64,000 bases of DNA, taken from NCBI GenBank assembly GCA_963741205.1, contig CAVUHW010000026.1:32001-96000 (forward strand), read 5' to 3'. Positions 21,933 through 33,566 of this stretch are shown piece after piece. Within the stretch, counting starts at the first letter, position 1. The number at the start of each line of letters is the position of its first letter. This stretch comes from Nitrospirota bacterium (GTDB lineage: Bacteria; Nitrospirota; UBA9217). Under the pieces are notes generated by a model that had not been told where the DNA came from, did no database searches, and worked only from the letters and a program-made list of their open reading frames with translations. Position numbers and translations under genes: made by a program.

Positions 21933-22443
21933 CTACCTGCCGATAGCTTTCAGGATTCCCTGAAGCAGGGCCGTGGGTGTCGGGGGGCAACCCGGTATTC
22001 GGGCATCAACGGGGATGACCTTGTCAATGCCCCCGAGCGAGGCATAAGCTTTCGCCGAATATGCCGCCCGTACATCCGCAGTCTCCGACGGCAACCACGA
22101 GTTTCGGCGTCGGAGTGGCGTCGTAGGTCCTCCTGAGCGCGATCTCCATATTATGGGACACCGGCCCGGTGACCAGCAGCATGTCGGCGAACCTCGGTGA
22201 TGCGGTAAAATGGATGCCGAAGCGCTCGCAGTTGTAAATGGGGTTGTTGATGGCGTGGATCTCGAGCTCGCAGGCGTTGCACGAGCCGGCGTCTACCTGG
22301 CGGATCGTGAGGCTTCTCCGGAAGCGGCGCCTGATGACCTCCTCCAGATGCACGCCGATCTTTTCGAGCTCCGGATCGGTGATCGGCGGAAGCGGCTCGG
22401 TGACGATGCCGGTGTGGAAGATCTGTTTAAGGATTCGGATCAT
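21933..22443 (-). CDS. hyfI: Hyf/Ehr small Fe-S subunit (NuoB-like), copy B; frameshifted near the 3' end
   Basis: DAGSCNACE, SPRFAD, GDCGC; IPGCPPTP...GILKAIGR* in a shifted frame. Confidence 0.85.
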
Positions 22444-22481
22444 AAAGCTCCGTGAGAAAAAATAAATTCCAACACCGAACC

Positions 22482-22586
22482 GTCATTCCCGAATGATCTA
22501 TCCACGATTGATTCATTCGAGGACGAATCCATTTTGAATTTAGCATTGGAAAAGGCCAATGGATTCCCGCTTTCGCGGGAATGACA
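22482..22586. repeat. REP-like doublet between hyfG and hyfI
   Basis: GTCATTCCCGAATG ... GGATTCCCGCTTTCGCGGGAATGACA. Confidence 0.8.
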
Positions 22587-22610
22587 ACCTGAGTCAGATA
22601 CCTTCCTTAT

Positions 22611-24181
22611 TTATAAATCATTCCCCGAATACGACTGATTAAAGCTCTTATTGCATACCGGGAAATCGGGGACGATGTTCCCGTGGATGCACTGCTCCAG
22701 CCCGAGCCAGTTCACGCTCGAGGGGTCCCTCACCATGCAGCGGTTGATCTCCCCGGCGGCCCCGACTGGACCCAGTAGAGGATCTCACCGCGCCAGCCCT
22801 CGACAGCCGCAAATCCGCACCTGTCAGGCAGCGGCGGGCTGACCGGGGCGGTAATTGCTCCGTCCGGCAGGGTTTTCAGGATCTCCCGGATGATCCGTAT
22901 GGAGTCCCTGATCTCTTCCACCCTGACCCATGCCCTGGCATGGACGTCACCGGAGACGAGCACCGGTATGGTCACGCCGATGTGGTCATAGGGAGGGAAT
23001 GGATCGTGGATGCGGCAGTCGAGGTTCAGGCCGCTTGCGCGGGCCACGAAGCCCACCACGCACAGGTCCCTCGCCTTCTCGGAGGTGAGGATGCCGGTGT
23101 CCCTCACCCGGTCCTCGACGGAGGCGTTTTCGTCATAGATGACGACGAGCCTCTCGAATTCCTTCGCCAGCCAGTCCATTTCCGAAAGGATCGCCTGAAC
23201 GCCGCCTGCGTCGATATCAACGGCCGTACCGCCCGGAACGACCTTGTCCATCATGAACCGGTGACCGAAGAGCCTGAGGTTCGTGCGCAGAAGTGCTTCC
23301 TTCAGCCTACTGAACTGATACAGCAGGATGGCGAAGGCCACGTCATTACAGATGGCGCCGAGGTCGCCCAGGTGGTTCGCGATGCGCTCCCGCTCGAGAA
23401 ATAATGCGCGAAGCCACAGGGCGCGGTCGGGCGGCGCGCACCCGGTCATGGCCTCGACTGCGCGCGAATAGGCCAGGCTATGCGCGACCGTCGTGTCGCC
23501 GGACACGCGGCCTGCCAGTCTCGATGCCTCGTCCCAGGAAAAGGACTCGAACCGTTTTTCGATCCCCTTGTGCACGTAGCCCAGTTTTTCTTCCAGATTG
23601 ATGACGTCCTCTCCCACGGCCTGGAAGCGGAAATGTCCGGGCTCGATGATGCCCGCGTGCACGGGGCCGACGGGGATCTCATAGACCCCCTCGCCCTCGG
23701 CCCGGATCCAGCGATATTCGCCGTAGACCCTCGGCATGCGGCTTGAGGCGTCAAAGGACTTTCTCAGCGGCCAGGCATTCTCCGGCCAGTCTTCATGCTT
23801 TATCCAGGGACGCGCGTCGGGATGGCCGGTGGCGGTAACGCCCATGAGACTTTTCATCTGGCGCTCGAACCGGAAGGCAGGAACAAATTTTTTCGTGAGG
23901 CTGGGAAACGTCGGATCGTCAGCGGGAGCGAGTGTCTTTACGATCAGGTATTCCGTCTCCCTCCGGTAACAGGCATAGATCCCGAATCCCCGTTCGAAGG
24001 CGGTCTCATCCGCCGCCCATTCGGCGGCAAGCAGGGCATATTCCTTCTTGAGTGCTTTTGCCGCTTCGGCAAAACGCTCCCGCGGCACGAGAAACATGGC
24101 AACGGAAGAAGGATACTGGCCTTCCACTGCTTTCGCGTCCGGGCCGAATTTTGATAATATGAGCTCTTTTAACTTGGCCAT
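22611..24181 (-). CDS. hyfG: Hyf/Ehr large subunit (NuoC/D-like) lacking NiFe-binding cysteines, copy B; frameshift near 22755
   Basis: GPVHAGIIEPGHFRF, GRVSGDTT and C-terminal VPDFPVCNKSFNQSYSGNDL*. Confidence 0.88.
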
Positions 24182-24195
24182 GTCAAACACCCGAG

Positions 24196-24247
24196 GGACG
24201 ATGGACGAGGGTCGAGAGACGAATAGTCTTTGCGTCCATCGTCCCAG
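24196..24247. repeat. intergenic palindrome GGGACGATGGACG...CGTCCATCGTCCC
   Basis: 13-bp perfect inverted repeat between hyfF and hyfG. Confidence 0.65.
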
Positions 24248-24295
24248 TGAGCGAAACAAGCGGTCGTCCGTCACTCATCAGAAGTAACCTTCCGT

Positions 24296-25752
24296 TCATT
24301 TCAACAGCTCCACCGCCGTCTGGAACCACCCGGCGAGGAACTTCGGCATATAGAGGCCGAGAACGAGTACCACCGACATGTGCAGTATCACCGGGACATG
24401 TGCGACTTTAAGCGGTGCTGGTAGGGAGGCCGTTCTCCCGAGACCATGGGCTGCACCCTTCTGAAGAGCGCCGCAAAGGACACGCCGAGCCCCAGGAGGA
24501 GAAACGGCGCCAGGAGCGGCGCGTCCTTGATCGTGGCCGTCAGGATCAGGAACTCGCTGGTGAACACGCCGAAGGGCGGCATCCCGACGATCGCCATGAC
24601 CCCGAGCGCCAGCCCCCACCCGACGAGAGGATTGCCGCGGATCAGCCCTTTGATCCTTTCCATCTCCTGGGTCCTGTGCATCTGCGAGGCGTGGCCCACG
24701 GTGAAGAAGATGGAAGACTTGGTCAGGCTGTGGACCAGCATGTGGAGAAGCGCCCCGAAGGTCGCCACCGGGCCGCCGAGGCCGAAGGCGAAGGTGGCGA
24801 TACCCATGTGTTCGATGGAGGAATAGGCAAAAAGCCGCTTGATGTCCTTCTGCCGCAGAAGGGAGAAGGAGGCGACGATGATCGAGAGGATGCCGAAGCC
24901 CATCATGATATCGCCCGAATGGTGCGTCCCGGTGGAGCCGTCCACGAGCACTTTGCACCGCACCAGCGCGTAGAGCGCGATGTTGAGCAGAAGCCCCGAG
25001 AGCACAGCGGAGATGGGCGTGGGGCCTTCACTGTGCGCGTCGGGCAGCCAGTTGTGGATGGGCACGAGCCCCACCTTGGTGCCGTATCCCACCATGAGAA
25101 ACACAAAGGCCAGAGACAGGATCGTCGGTTCGAGCTGGTTGCTTACCTGGTATAGATTCGTCCAATGGAGAGCCGCGCCGCCTTCGCCGAGCACCTTTTC
25201 CGCCGCAAAGTACAGGAGCACGGTGCCGAAGAGCGCGAGGGCGATGCCCACGCCGCAGAGGATGAAATATTTCCACGCGGCCTCGATCGCGGCCGGCGTG
25301 CGGTACAGGGACACCAGAAGGACCGTGGACAGCGTGGCCAGCTCCATGGCGATCCAGAGAATGCCCACGTTGTTCGTCAGGAGGCAGAGCAGCATGGCGA
25401 AGATGAAGAGCTGGAACATGGCGTGGTAGAAACGAAGCCGTCGGTGGCCGATGGTGCCGTGCTCGCGCTCACGCCGCATATAGCGCCTGCTGAAGATGGC
25501 TGTGGTCATGGAGACAAAGGCGGTGAGAACCGTCAGGTAGACACTGAAGGCGTCGACGAAGAAAAAATTATTCCCCGCCAGGATCGAGCCGTGCTCATAG
25601 ACCTGGAGCGCAAGCTGGATGCTCGCGACAAAGGTCGCGGCGGAGCCGAGGATGTTCACCTCGGGCGCAAGCTTCCGGTCGCCGACGAATGCCAGCGCCA
25701 GGGCCGACGACGAAATAGAGCGGAACGCCTAAGAAGATATGAGAAGCTCCAT
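24296..25752 (-). CDS. hyfF: Hyf/Ehr antiporter-like membrane subunit F, copy B (frameshifts near both ends)
   Basis: EAAWKYFILC, GYGTKVGLVPIHNWLPDAHSEGP and AYSSIEHMG. Confidence 0.88.
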
Positions 25753-25760
25753 CGAGAACC

Positions 25761-26426
25761 TCAGTCTTCTTCCTTCAGCCTCGCCATCTGGTCCACATCG
25801 AGGCTGTCGAAGGTGGTGCTGATGTGGAAGAAAAACATCCCGAATATGAACGCCGCGATCAACAGGTCCAGGGCCACGCCCAGCTCGACCACCAGGGGCA
25901 TGCCGTAGGTGGCGCTCGTGGCTGCGAAGAGGAGCCCGTTTTCCATGGCGAGGAACCCGATGATCTGGGTGACCGCGTGCTTTCTGGTGATCATCATCAG
26001 GAAGCCGAGCATGACCGTGGCGAGGGCGACCGCCAGGGTGGACCGGGTCACGAGTGTGGAGAGCTCCCTGATGGGAGCGGTAAGATGATAGGAGAATATC
26101 ACCAGAACGATCCCCATCAGCATGGTGGTGGGGATGTTCACCACCGTCTCCACTTCCTTGTGGATCTTCAGCTTAACGATCAGCTTATGCAATATGTACG
26201 GCAGGAGGACGACCTTCATCGATAGCGTCAGGATGGAAGAGATGTACAGATCGTGTTTGCCCCCGACATACCCGACGATAGCGGTGCTGACGGCGAGCAG
26301 GAACCCCTGCCACGCGAACAGGTGCAGAAGGGCGTTCATCCTCCGCTGCACCACCAGGGCAAAGGCGGTAAGGAGGATCATGGCCGCGAGCAAGCTGTTG
26401 ATCTGCGCTGCAAGGTGCATGTTCAT
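25761..26426 (-). CDS. hyfE: Hyf/Ehr membrane subunit E, copy B
   Basis: multi-TM protein with GFLAMENG, GMPLVVELGVALD; position in operon. Confidence 0.88.
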   Translation of the reverse strand: MNMHLAAQINSLLAAMILLTAFALVVQRRMNALLHLFAWQGFLLAVSTAIVGYVGGKHDLYISSILTLSMKVVLLPYILHKLIVKLKIHKEVETVVNIPTTMLMGIVLVIFSYHLTAPIRELSTLVTRSTLAVALATVMLGFLMMITRKHAVTQIIGFLAMENGLLFAATSATYGMPLVVELGVALDLLIAAFIFGMFFFHISTTFDSLDVDQMARLKEED

Positions 26427-26449
26427 GTCATTCCTCTGATCATTCAATT

Positions 26450-26533
26450 TGTCATACCTGCGGAAGCAGGTATCCATTGGCTTGTAAGATTTACGTCAAA
26501 ATGGATTCCCGATAGAAGCATTCGGGAATGACA
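26450..26533. repeat. REP-like doublet between hyfC and hyfE
   Basis: TGTCATACCTGCGGAAGCAGGTATCCA ... TGGATTCCCGATAGAAGCATTCGGGAATGACA. Confidence 0.8.
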
Positions 26534-26571
26534 CGAAAGTTTCGCTGTAGTACTATTCGGCGCTTGCATGA

Positions 26572-27517
26572 CTACTCCAGCATGAAATACGAAAGCATCC
26601 CGAGGGTCGCGAAGAGAAAGGCGCTCCCCAGGAACTCGGTTATGCGGAAAATCCGCATTTTTGCAAGTCCCGTCTCTATCATCACCAGTCCCACGCCGAC
26701 AATTGCAAGCTTGATCAGAAGGACCGGAAAGGCGACGATGACGGACAGCAGGTCGTTGTCAAGCGCGATCCCCCCGGGGAAGAAGGAAGCGATCCCGAGG
26801 GCCGTAAAGAGAAACAGCTTCATCATCCCCGCCCATTCGATGAGAGCGAGATGTCTGCCGGAGTATTCGAGGATCATGGCCTCGTGGATCATGGTGAGCT
26901 CCAGATGGGTGGCCGGGTTGTCCACGGGCACCCTCCCCGTCTCGGCAAGGGCGATGAGGACGAACGCCAGAAGCGCGAAGACCAGGGAAGGCCGGAGCAT
27001 GGAATGCCCCTGGGAGATGACATGGGCCATTTGCGACAGGGACGTTGAATGGCTCACCAGGGAAACGGCGAACACCGCCATCAGCATGGCCGGTTCTGCG
27101 AGGGAGGCGATGGTCATTTCACGGCTCGAACCCATGCCGCCGAAGGCCGTGCCGATGTCCATACCCGCCAGGGCCGTAAAAAATCGCGCGATGGCAAAAA
27201 GTGCCACCAGGGCGATGACGTCGGCCGTTGCCGACAGCGGCAGATCGATGGACAGGGTGGGGATGATCCCGCCGGCCATGACCGAGACGCCGAAGACGAG
27301 GTAGGGCGTAAACCGGAATATCCAGGAGGCGTTCTCCGCCAGCGTCACGTCCTTGCTCAGAAGTTTCCTGATGTCGCGGGAGGGCTGGAGCAGGCTCGGA
27401 GAGGTGCGGCCCTGGAACCAGCACTTCACCATCTTCACCCACCCCACGAACAGGGGGGCGACAAAGAGGAGGACGGCGACTTGAAGAACTTCTATGATGA
27501 GAGGATGGATATGTCAT
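26572..27517 (-). CDS. hyfC: Hyf/Ehr NuoH-like membrane subunit C, copy B (frameshift near the 5' end)
   Basis: AFGGMGSSRE and ETGRVPVDNPATHLELTMIHEAMILEYSG. Confidence 0.88.
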
Positions 27518-27542
27518 TAGTTCATTCCTCGGTTTAATATTC

Positions 27543-27633
27543 GTCATTCCCGCGAAAGCGGGAATCCAGGTTGACTTTTACTATACAAATAAAAACTCTC
27601 TGCGATTCCCGATAGAAGCATTCGGGAATGACA
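27543..27633. repeat. REP-like doublet between hyfB and hyfC
   Basis: GTCATTCCCGCGAAAGCGGGAATCCA ... GATTCCCGATAGAAGCATTCGGGAATGACA. Confidence 0.82.
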
Positions 27634-27657
27634 ATATAAGTTGCTCTGCGATGTTAC

Positions 27658-29703
27658 TCATCTCGAAAATATCAGCAGCACCAGGATAGTCACAAACGAA
27701 TAGATAAGGTATATCTGAATCCGTCCCTGCTGCATCCTTCCGATCCGGCGCGACAGCCAGAAGCTTGCGTCGACCACGGGCTGGTAGATCCAGAGCCAGA
27801 AGCGGTCCCTCACCCGCAGATGGTACTGCAGGCGCTGCGGGAATGCAGGGTGTGCGACAGGGGGAACCTGCCGGACATGCTCTTTGATGCTGAAGAGATA
27901 ACCGAAAATCCTGCGCAGGGGCATGGAAAAGGACGTAGCCGTATACTGCATCCGGCTGGTGACCTTTTCGAACCCGCAGTCCCAGAGAGGTACGCGGCGG
28001 ATGGCGCCGGGACGGGTATGAAGCAGAAGATAGGTCACGATCACGACGGACAGGATGCCCATGAAGGCGATGGGCGCCGAATAGGAGGCCCGTTCGGCCG
28101 CGATGGGGGTGAGCCACATCCAGCCGATGCCCGACGCGGAAGCGGCTATCGTGCCGCCGACCAGCTCCTCCGCAAGCGGGTCCATCCAGCGGATCATGAC
28201 CGTCGGCAGAACGCCGAGAGCCAGACAGGTGAGCGCAGCGAGCAGCATGCCGATGCGCATGAACCAATCCGCCTCATGGACGCGGCCGGGATGATGTCCG
28301 CGCTGGTGCCCCAGAAAGGTCACTCCGAAGGCCTTCACGAAACAGGCGGCGGCGAGCGCGCTCGTCAGCGCCAGAAGAGCGGCCCCCAGCGGAATGAGCA
28401 GGTTCAGGAGCGGACTGGGGAGCGCGGGCGAAAGCAGGAAGGCCTGATAGGTAAGCCATTCCGACACAAACCCGTTAAACGGCGGCAACGCCGAGATCGA
28501 GATGCAGCCGATAAGGAAGAGCACGGCGGTCCAGGGCATGAAACGGATGAGCCCGCCCATCTCTTCCATGTTCCGTTCATGGGTCGCGTGAAGCACGGCG
28601 CCGGCGCCCATGAAGAGCAGTCCCTTGAACATCGCGTGGTTCAGGGTGTGATAGAGCCCGGCGATCAAGGCCAGGGCGGCCAGAAGCGACATGTCGAACG
28701 AAGTGAAGATCATGGCCAGGCCGATGCCGATCAGGATGATGCCGATGTTCTCCACGGAATGATAGGCAAGGAGCCGCTTCAGGTCGTGCTGCATGAGAGC
28801 GTAGAGCACGCCCATGACCGCGGAGACCAGTCCGAAGACCAATACGAGCGCGCCCCACCACCAGGGGAAATCTCCGATGAGGTCGAAGACAACCCGGACG
28901 ATCCCGTAGATGGCAGTCTTGAGCATCACGCCGCTCATGAGGGCGGACACGTTCGACGGTGCGACGGGGTGCGCCTCGGGAAGCCAGATGTGGAGCGGAA
29001 TCACGCCGGCCTTTGCGGAGAACCCGAAGAAGGCGAGGAGAAAAGCCAGTGTCGCCAAGCCTGCCGGAAGCTCCGTTTCGCGCATGGCGTCGAAGGTATA
29101 CGCCTGGAACCCCGAGAATCCGGTCGCGAGACCCGCCATGACCCCGAAGGACAGGAGGATTGCGATGGCGCCTACATGGGCGACAACCAGATACAGAAAC
29201 GCGGCCCTCCTGTTCTCGACACGCTCGTCTTCAAAGAGGACGAGGAAGTAGGACGACGCCGCCATCATCTCCCAGGAGATGAGGAAAAACAAAGCATCGT
29301 CCGCAAGGACCACCAGAAACATCCCGGCAAGGAAGAAGGCGTAAAAAACCACGAGGCTCGTCACCGGTCGTTGGCCGAGAAACCCCTTGACGTACCCGAT
29401 GGAGTAGATGGACACAAAGAAAGCGAGCAGGCCGACGACGACAAGAAAAAATCCCGACAGGAGGTCGAGCCGGAGATGAAAGGGCAGATCGGGAAGGCCG
29501 GCCGGCAGAATGACCTGCTGGGTGATGCCGCTCGCCACAGCCCATATTCCGGAGGAGGCGGCGAGAAAAGAGGCGATAGCGGTAAGAGTAAAACCGGTGT
29601 AGATAAGAAGGCGCTGATTCGAACGCAGAAGCGGAGCGAGCGCCAGCAGAAGAACCAGCGCAGCGAAAGACAAGGCTATGAGACTGAAAGGTGAAAAAAG
29701 CAC
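27658..29703 (-). CDS. hyfB: Hyf/Ehr antiporter-like membrane subunit B, copy B
   Basis: KAGVIPLHIWLPEAHPVAPSNVSALMSG, LAYHSVENIG, PPFNGFVSEW; GTG start with GGAGG RBS. Confidence 0.9.
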   Translation of the reverse strand: MLFSPFSLIALSFAALVLLLALAPLLRSNQRLLIYTGFTLTAIASFLAASSGIWAVASGITQQVILPAGLPDLPFHLRLDLLSGFFLVVVGLLAFFVSIYSIGYVKGFLGQRPVTSLVVFYAFFLAGMFLVVLADDALFFLISWEMMAASSYFLVLFEDERVENRRAAFLYLVVAHVGAIAILLSFGVMAGLATGFSGFQAYTFDAMRETELPAGLATLAFLLAFFGFSAKAGVIPLHIWLPEAHPVAPSNVSALMSGVMLKTAIYGIVRVVFDLIGDFPWWWGALVLVFGLVSAVMGVLYALMQHDLKRLLAYHSVENIGIILIGIGLAMIFTSFDMSLLAALALIAGLYHTLNHAMFKGLLFMGAGAVLHATHERNMEEMGGLIRFMPWTAVLFLIGCISISALPPFNGFVSEWLTYQAFLLSPALPSPLLNLLIPLGAALLALTSALAAACFVKAFGVTFLGHQRGHHPGRVHEADWFMRIGMLLAALTCLALGVLPTVMIRWMDPLAEELVGGTIAASASGIGWMWLTPIAAERASYSAPIAFMGILSVVIVTYLLLHTRPGAIRRVPLWDCGFEKVTSRMQYTATSFSMPLRRIFGYLFSIKEHVRQVPPVAHPAFPQRLQYHLRVRDRFWLWIYQPVVDASFWLSRRIGRMQQGRIQIYLIYSFVTILVLLIFSR

Positions 29704-29844
29704 GTTCCTACCTCCGGAAAATCAGAGCCTTCAATCGATCATGAAACCGGTCAGTGCACGTGTTATTTCACAACAAGTTCATTGTGGTTCAGCTGTTATC
29801 AAAAATTTCCTTCCCCTCAAAGGGAGAACCAAGAAATGAAAGCC

Positions 29845-30384
29845 CTAACCCGATTGTACGGACTTTGTCCGCGAATCGATAAGTTGAGAAATCCCTATCA
29901 ATATCGCCACGGGCGTCGGAGGACAACCGGGTATGTAGCCGTCAACGGGGATGACGTTCGCGGCGCCGTCCGTGACCGCGTAGCTTCCTTTATAGATGCC
30001 GCCGTCCAAGGCGCAGTCGCCGCAGGCCAGAACCAGGCGGGGCTCCGGCATTGCGAGCCAGGTCCTTTTGAGGGCAAGCTCCATCTGGCGGGACACGGGA
30101 CCGGTTACGAGCAAGACGTCGGCGTGGCGCGGCGAAGCGACGAAATCGATGCCGAAGCGCTGGATATCGTAGATAGGATTCGTCAGCGCCGTGCATTCCC
30201 ATTCGCAAGCGTTGCATGATCCTGCATCAACCTGACGGATCCGGAGCGACCTACCGAAGATTGTATCAATCTTTCGCTGAAAGTCAACAATCTTCGCTGC
30301 CTGCTCCGCGGTGACGTTGAAGCCCTCGGGGAACGGGATAACCTGTTTTTTGCCGATAAGGTTTTTGAGAATCTCTTTTATCAT
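29845..30384 (-). CDS. hyfI: Hyf/Ehr small Fe-S subunit, copy A
   Basis: DAGSCNACE, SPRHAD, GDCALDGG, IPGCPPTP. Confidence 0.88.
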   Translation of the reverse strand: MIKEILKNLIGKKQVIPFPEGFNVTAEQAAKIVDFQRKIDTIFGRSLRIRQVDAGSCNACEWECTALTNPIYDIQRFGIDFVASPRHADVLLVTGPVSRQMELALKRTWLAMPEPRLVLACGDCALDGGIYKGSYAVTDGAANVIPVDGYIPGCPPTPVAILIGISQLIDSRTKSVQSG

Positions 30385-30409
30385 ATCTGCTTCCTGAAAT
30401 ATCCTGCTG

Positions 30410-30444
30410 CTTCTCACTTCTTACTTCTACTTCTTACTTCCTCA
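30410..30444. repeat. CTTACTT heptamer tandem repeat
   Basis: cttctcacttcttacttctacttcttacttcctcac, directly after the hyfG stop codon. Confidence 0.65.
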
Positions 30445-32011
30445 CATATCCGTACCCGAATACGACAGATTAAAGCTCTTGTTGCACAGCGGGAAATCGG
30501 GCACGATGTTCCCGTGGACCGCGAAGGGCACCGCGGGCCAGTTGCAGTAGGACGGCGACCGGAGTTTCACCCTGAGCGGCTTGCCTTCACGATCCGCCAT
30601 GACCCAGTAGAACAGGGAGCCGCGCGGCGATTCCGCATATCCCAGCGCGGAGGACCAAGCCGGGGCCGGCTTGACCGGGACGGACAGATCTCCCTCGTAA
30701 GCGCTTTCGAAAAGCGCCTGGATCATGGAGATTGAGCATTCTATTTCCTCCGCCCTGATCATCATGCGGGCCATCACGTCCCCTTTTTCCAGGGTATGGG
30801 CCTCGAAAATCAGGCGGTCGTAGAGCAGATGGGGATGGGACTTTCTCATGTCGTCGAAAAGGCCAGAGGCCCGGGCGGCCACGCCGGTCACCCCGAGTTT
30901 CCGGGCAATATCTTTGGAGAGCCTGCCGGTATTTTCGAGCCGCTCGATATGCGAGACCGAACCGAGCAGGAGTTCCATGAGCCCTTTGTATTCCCCGGTA
31001 GCCTCATCCATGGTCTTCAAAATATCGTCGGCCCGGTCAAACACGTCTTTCGTAACGCCGCCCACGACGTTGACGCCCCGCAGATATCTGCTGCCGGTCA
31101 GCCGCTCGTTGAGCTGCATGAGCCGCTCCTTGATGATCGCGCCTTTCATATAGCCAAGCGCAAACGCCGTTCCCGCGCACATGTTCCCGATGTCGCCGAT
31201 GTGATTGTAGAGCCTTTCGAGCTCGAGGACAAGGGTCCTGACGGCGGCCGCCTTCTCGGTGATCTCGGTGCCCGTCATCCGTTCCACGGCCATGCAATAG
31301 GCCGCGCCGTGCGAAAAGGACGAGGTACCGGAAACGCGCTCGGCAAGCTTTACGCCCCCGGTGAAGTCAAGGCTCTCAAACTGCTTTTCCGTGCCCTTGT
31401 GCGTATAGAAGAGCCTCGGCTCCAGGAAGAAGATCGTCTCGCCGATCGCGCTGAACCGGAAATGACCGGGTTCGATGATGCCGGCGTGCACAGGCCCGAC
31501 GGGGATCTCGACTATCCCCTCGCCCGCTACTTCCATGAAGGGATGGGGTACATGAACCGCAACCCCCTCTCCCCACTCCTTGAGCTCCGCGCCGCTGATT
31601 TTCCAGTCTTTACGGAGCGGATGAGAGTCCTTCGGAAAGGCCTCGTGAAAAACGAGTCTGCGTTTGTCGGGATGGCCCTCCGGAGTAAGGCCGAACAGGT
31701 CGCTGATTTCGCGCTCGTACCAGTGTGCGGCGGGGATGCGGGGAGTTATTGACGGAAACCGCGGATCGGACGGCAATACCGGCAGGACGATGAGGATGAA
31801 CCGGTCAGCGCCGGGGATCGTGAATACCGTATAGATCCTGAAGACGCCGTCTTTCCCGCGTTCATCGGTCGCAAACATCACGACGCAGCATGGCGTGGAG
31901 GTCTTCGGAAAGGCGCCCGCAGATGTCCTTATAGTCCTCGGCCTTAACCTCGATGGTGGACTCGTTCAGCCGGTCCGTGATTTTTACCGCTTTATTGAGG
32001 ATCTTTTCCAT
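30442..32011 (-). CDS. hyfG: Hyf/Ehr large subunit lacking NiFe-binding cysteines, copy A (frameshift near 31885)
   Basis: GPVHAGIIEPGHFRF, ERVSGTSS, VPDFPLCNKSFNLSYSGTDM*; ATG overlaps the hyfF stop. Confidence 0.88.
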
Positions 32012-33502
32012 CACAGTGCTCCGAGGACCTGCACGCAGGACCTGAGGGTATCGTCGATAAAGGAAGGGACCCTGAATCCCAGCAGGATTACCGACACGGC
32101 CATCACGATCATCACGGCATTGCCCAGCATGTTCCCGGCCGCATGCCCCGGTTCGTGATGGTGTGCGGCAGGCGCGCTTGCCGATTCACCGGGTTTTCCG
32201 AACAGCATCTTGCCGAACCCTGACAGGACACCGTAGAATACGATCACGACGAAAATAAGGAAGAGCACGACCACGGGCCAGAGACCGCGGTCCACGGCAG
32301 CCTTCAGGACCGTAAATTCGCTCACGAAAATGTTGAACGGCGGCGTGCCGGAAAGCGACAGGGCGCCGATGAACGTCAGCGTGCCCAGAAGAGGCATCGA
32401 CGTGAGGACGCCGTTCACGTTCGCGATATTGGTGGTGCCGAAGCGGGACTGGATCTTTCCCGAGGCGAAGAACATGAGGGGCTTCGACAGCGCGTGGTTC
32501 AGAATGTGCAGAAGCGCTCCGTAGATGCCGACCGGGCCGCCGATGCCGACGCCGAGCGAGATGATGCCCATGTGTTCGATGCTGCTGTACGCGAGAAGCC
32601 TCTTGAAGTTGTCCTGCACCAGGATGAAGATGGACGATATGCCGACGGAAATGAGGCCGAAGAGGATCAGGAGATTGCCCGTGAAGGCGTTCCCGGTAGA
32701 TGGTTCGACGATCGAGACGAAACGCATGATGCCGTAAAACGCAGTGTTCAGAAGAATGCCTGAGAGCAGCGCGCTGATCGGGCTCGGCGCCTGGCTGTGG
32801 GCGTCGGGCAGCCAATTATGCACCGGCGCCAAACCCGCCTTGGTCCCGTAGCCCACGAGCACAAAGACAAAGGCGAGTTTCATGGTCTCAGGGTTCAGCC
32901 TGGGTGCGATGCCGCGGAGGACGGTCCAGTCGAGCGCTCCCTCGGTCCCCATGACCGCTGTCGACGCATAGTAGGCGATGAAGGTGCCCAGGAGGGCGAA
33001 GGTGATCCCCACGGTGCACAGGATGATGTATTTCCATGCGGCCTCGACGGCCAGGGGCCGTTTATGGAAACCGAGGCCGATCAGGAGGGCGGAAACGATC
33101 GTCGTGGCCTCGATCCCGATCCACATGATGGCGAGGTTATTCGCCATGGTCACGAGAAGCATGGTGAAAATAAAGAGGTGGAGCAGACCGTAATACATCC
33201 GCATGCCGCGAAGGTTCGTCAATCCCGCCGCAAACTCGTGATCGAGGTAGCTGATGGAGTAGGCTGCCGATGCGAGGGAGAGGACAATCACGAGCGCCAT
33301 GATGTAGCCCGACAGCGCGTCCATCGAGAACGCGCCGTAAAACCCGGCTATCGGCGCCGAGATGGACGCCGTTATCAGCGGGAACGCGGCAAACGCCAGG
33401 ACGGCCGCGCCTGCTAAGCTCACGTAGCCGATGAGTCGCGGCATTCCTCACGTTGTAGCAGATGATCGCCGTAACAATCGGTATGATCAATATCGAAAGC
33501 AC
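32011..33502 (-). CDS. hyfF: Hyf/Ehr membrane subunit F, copy A (frameshift near 33445)
   Basis: EAAWKYIILC, GYGTKAGLAPVHNWLPDAHSQAP, AYSSIEHMG; GTG start at 33502. Confidence 0.88.
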
Positions 33503-33523
33503 TTGACTCTCGTATCTCCTCTC

Positions 33524-33566
33524 TTCCTTCACTTCTTACTTCTTACTTCTTACTTCTTACCTCATC
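33524..33566. repeat. CTTACTT heptamer tandem repeat
   Basis: cttcacttcttacttcttacttcttacttcttacctc between hyfE and hyfF. Confidence 0.75.

Noticed and set aside
10638-27633. REP-like and heptamer repeats as a CRISPR array
   Set aside because: Units are dispersed or directly tandem without unique 30-40 nt spacers, and no cas genes are present.
27820-29694. Long antisense ORFs (e.g. 27820..29694 +, 5649..7061 +, 58352..59959 -, 14986..16323 -)
   Set aside because: These are shadow frames of high-GC genes on the opposite strand, with no recognisable motifs.
22611-32011. Calling the Hyf-like large subunits [NiFe] or [NiFeSe] hydrogenases
   Set aside because: Both lack the L1 and L2 cysteine pairs, and no in-frame TGA is present at those positions.
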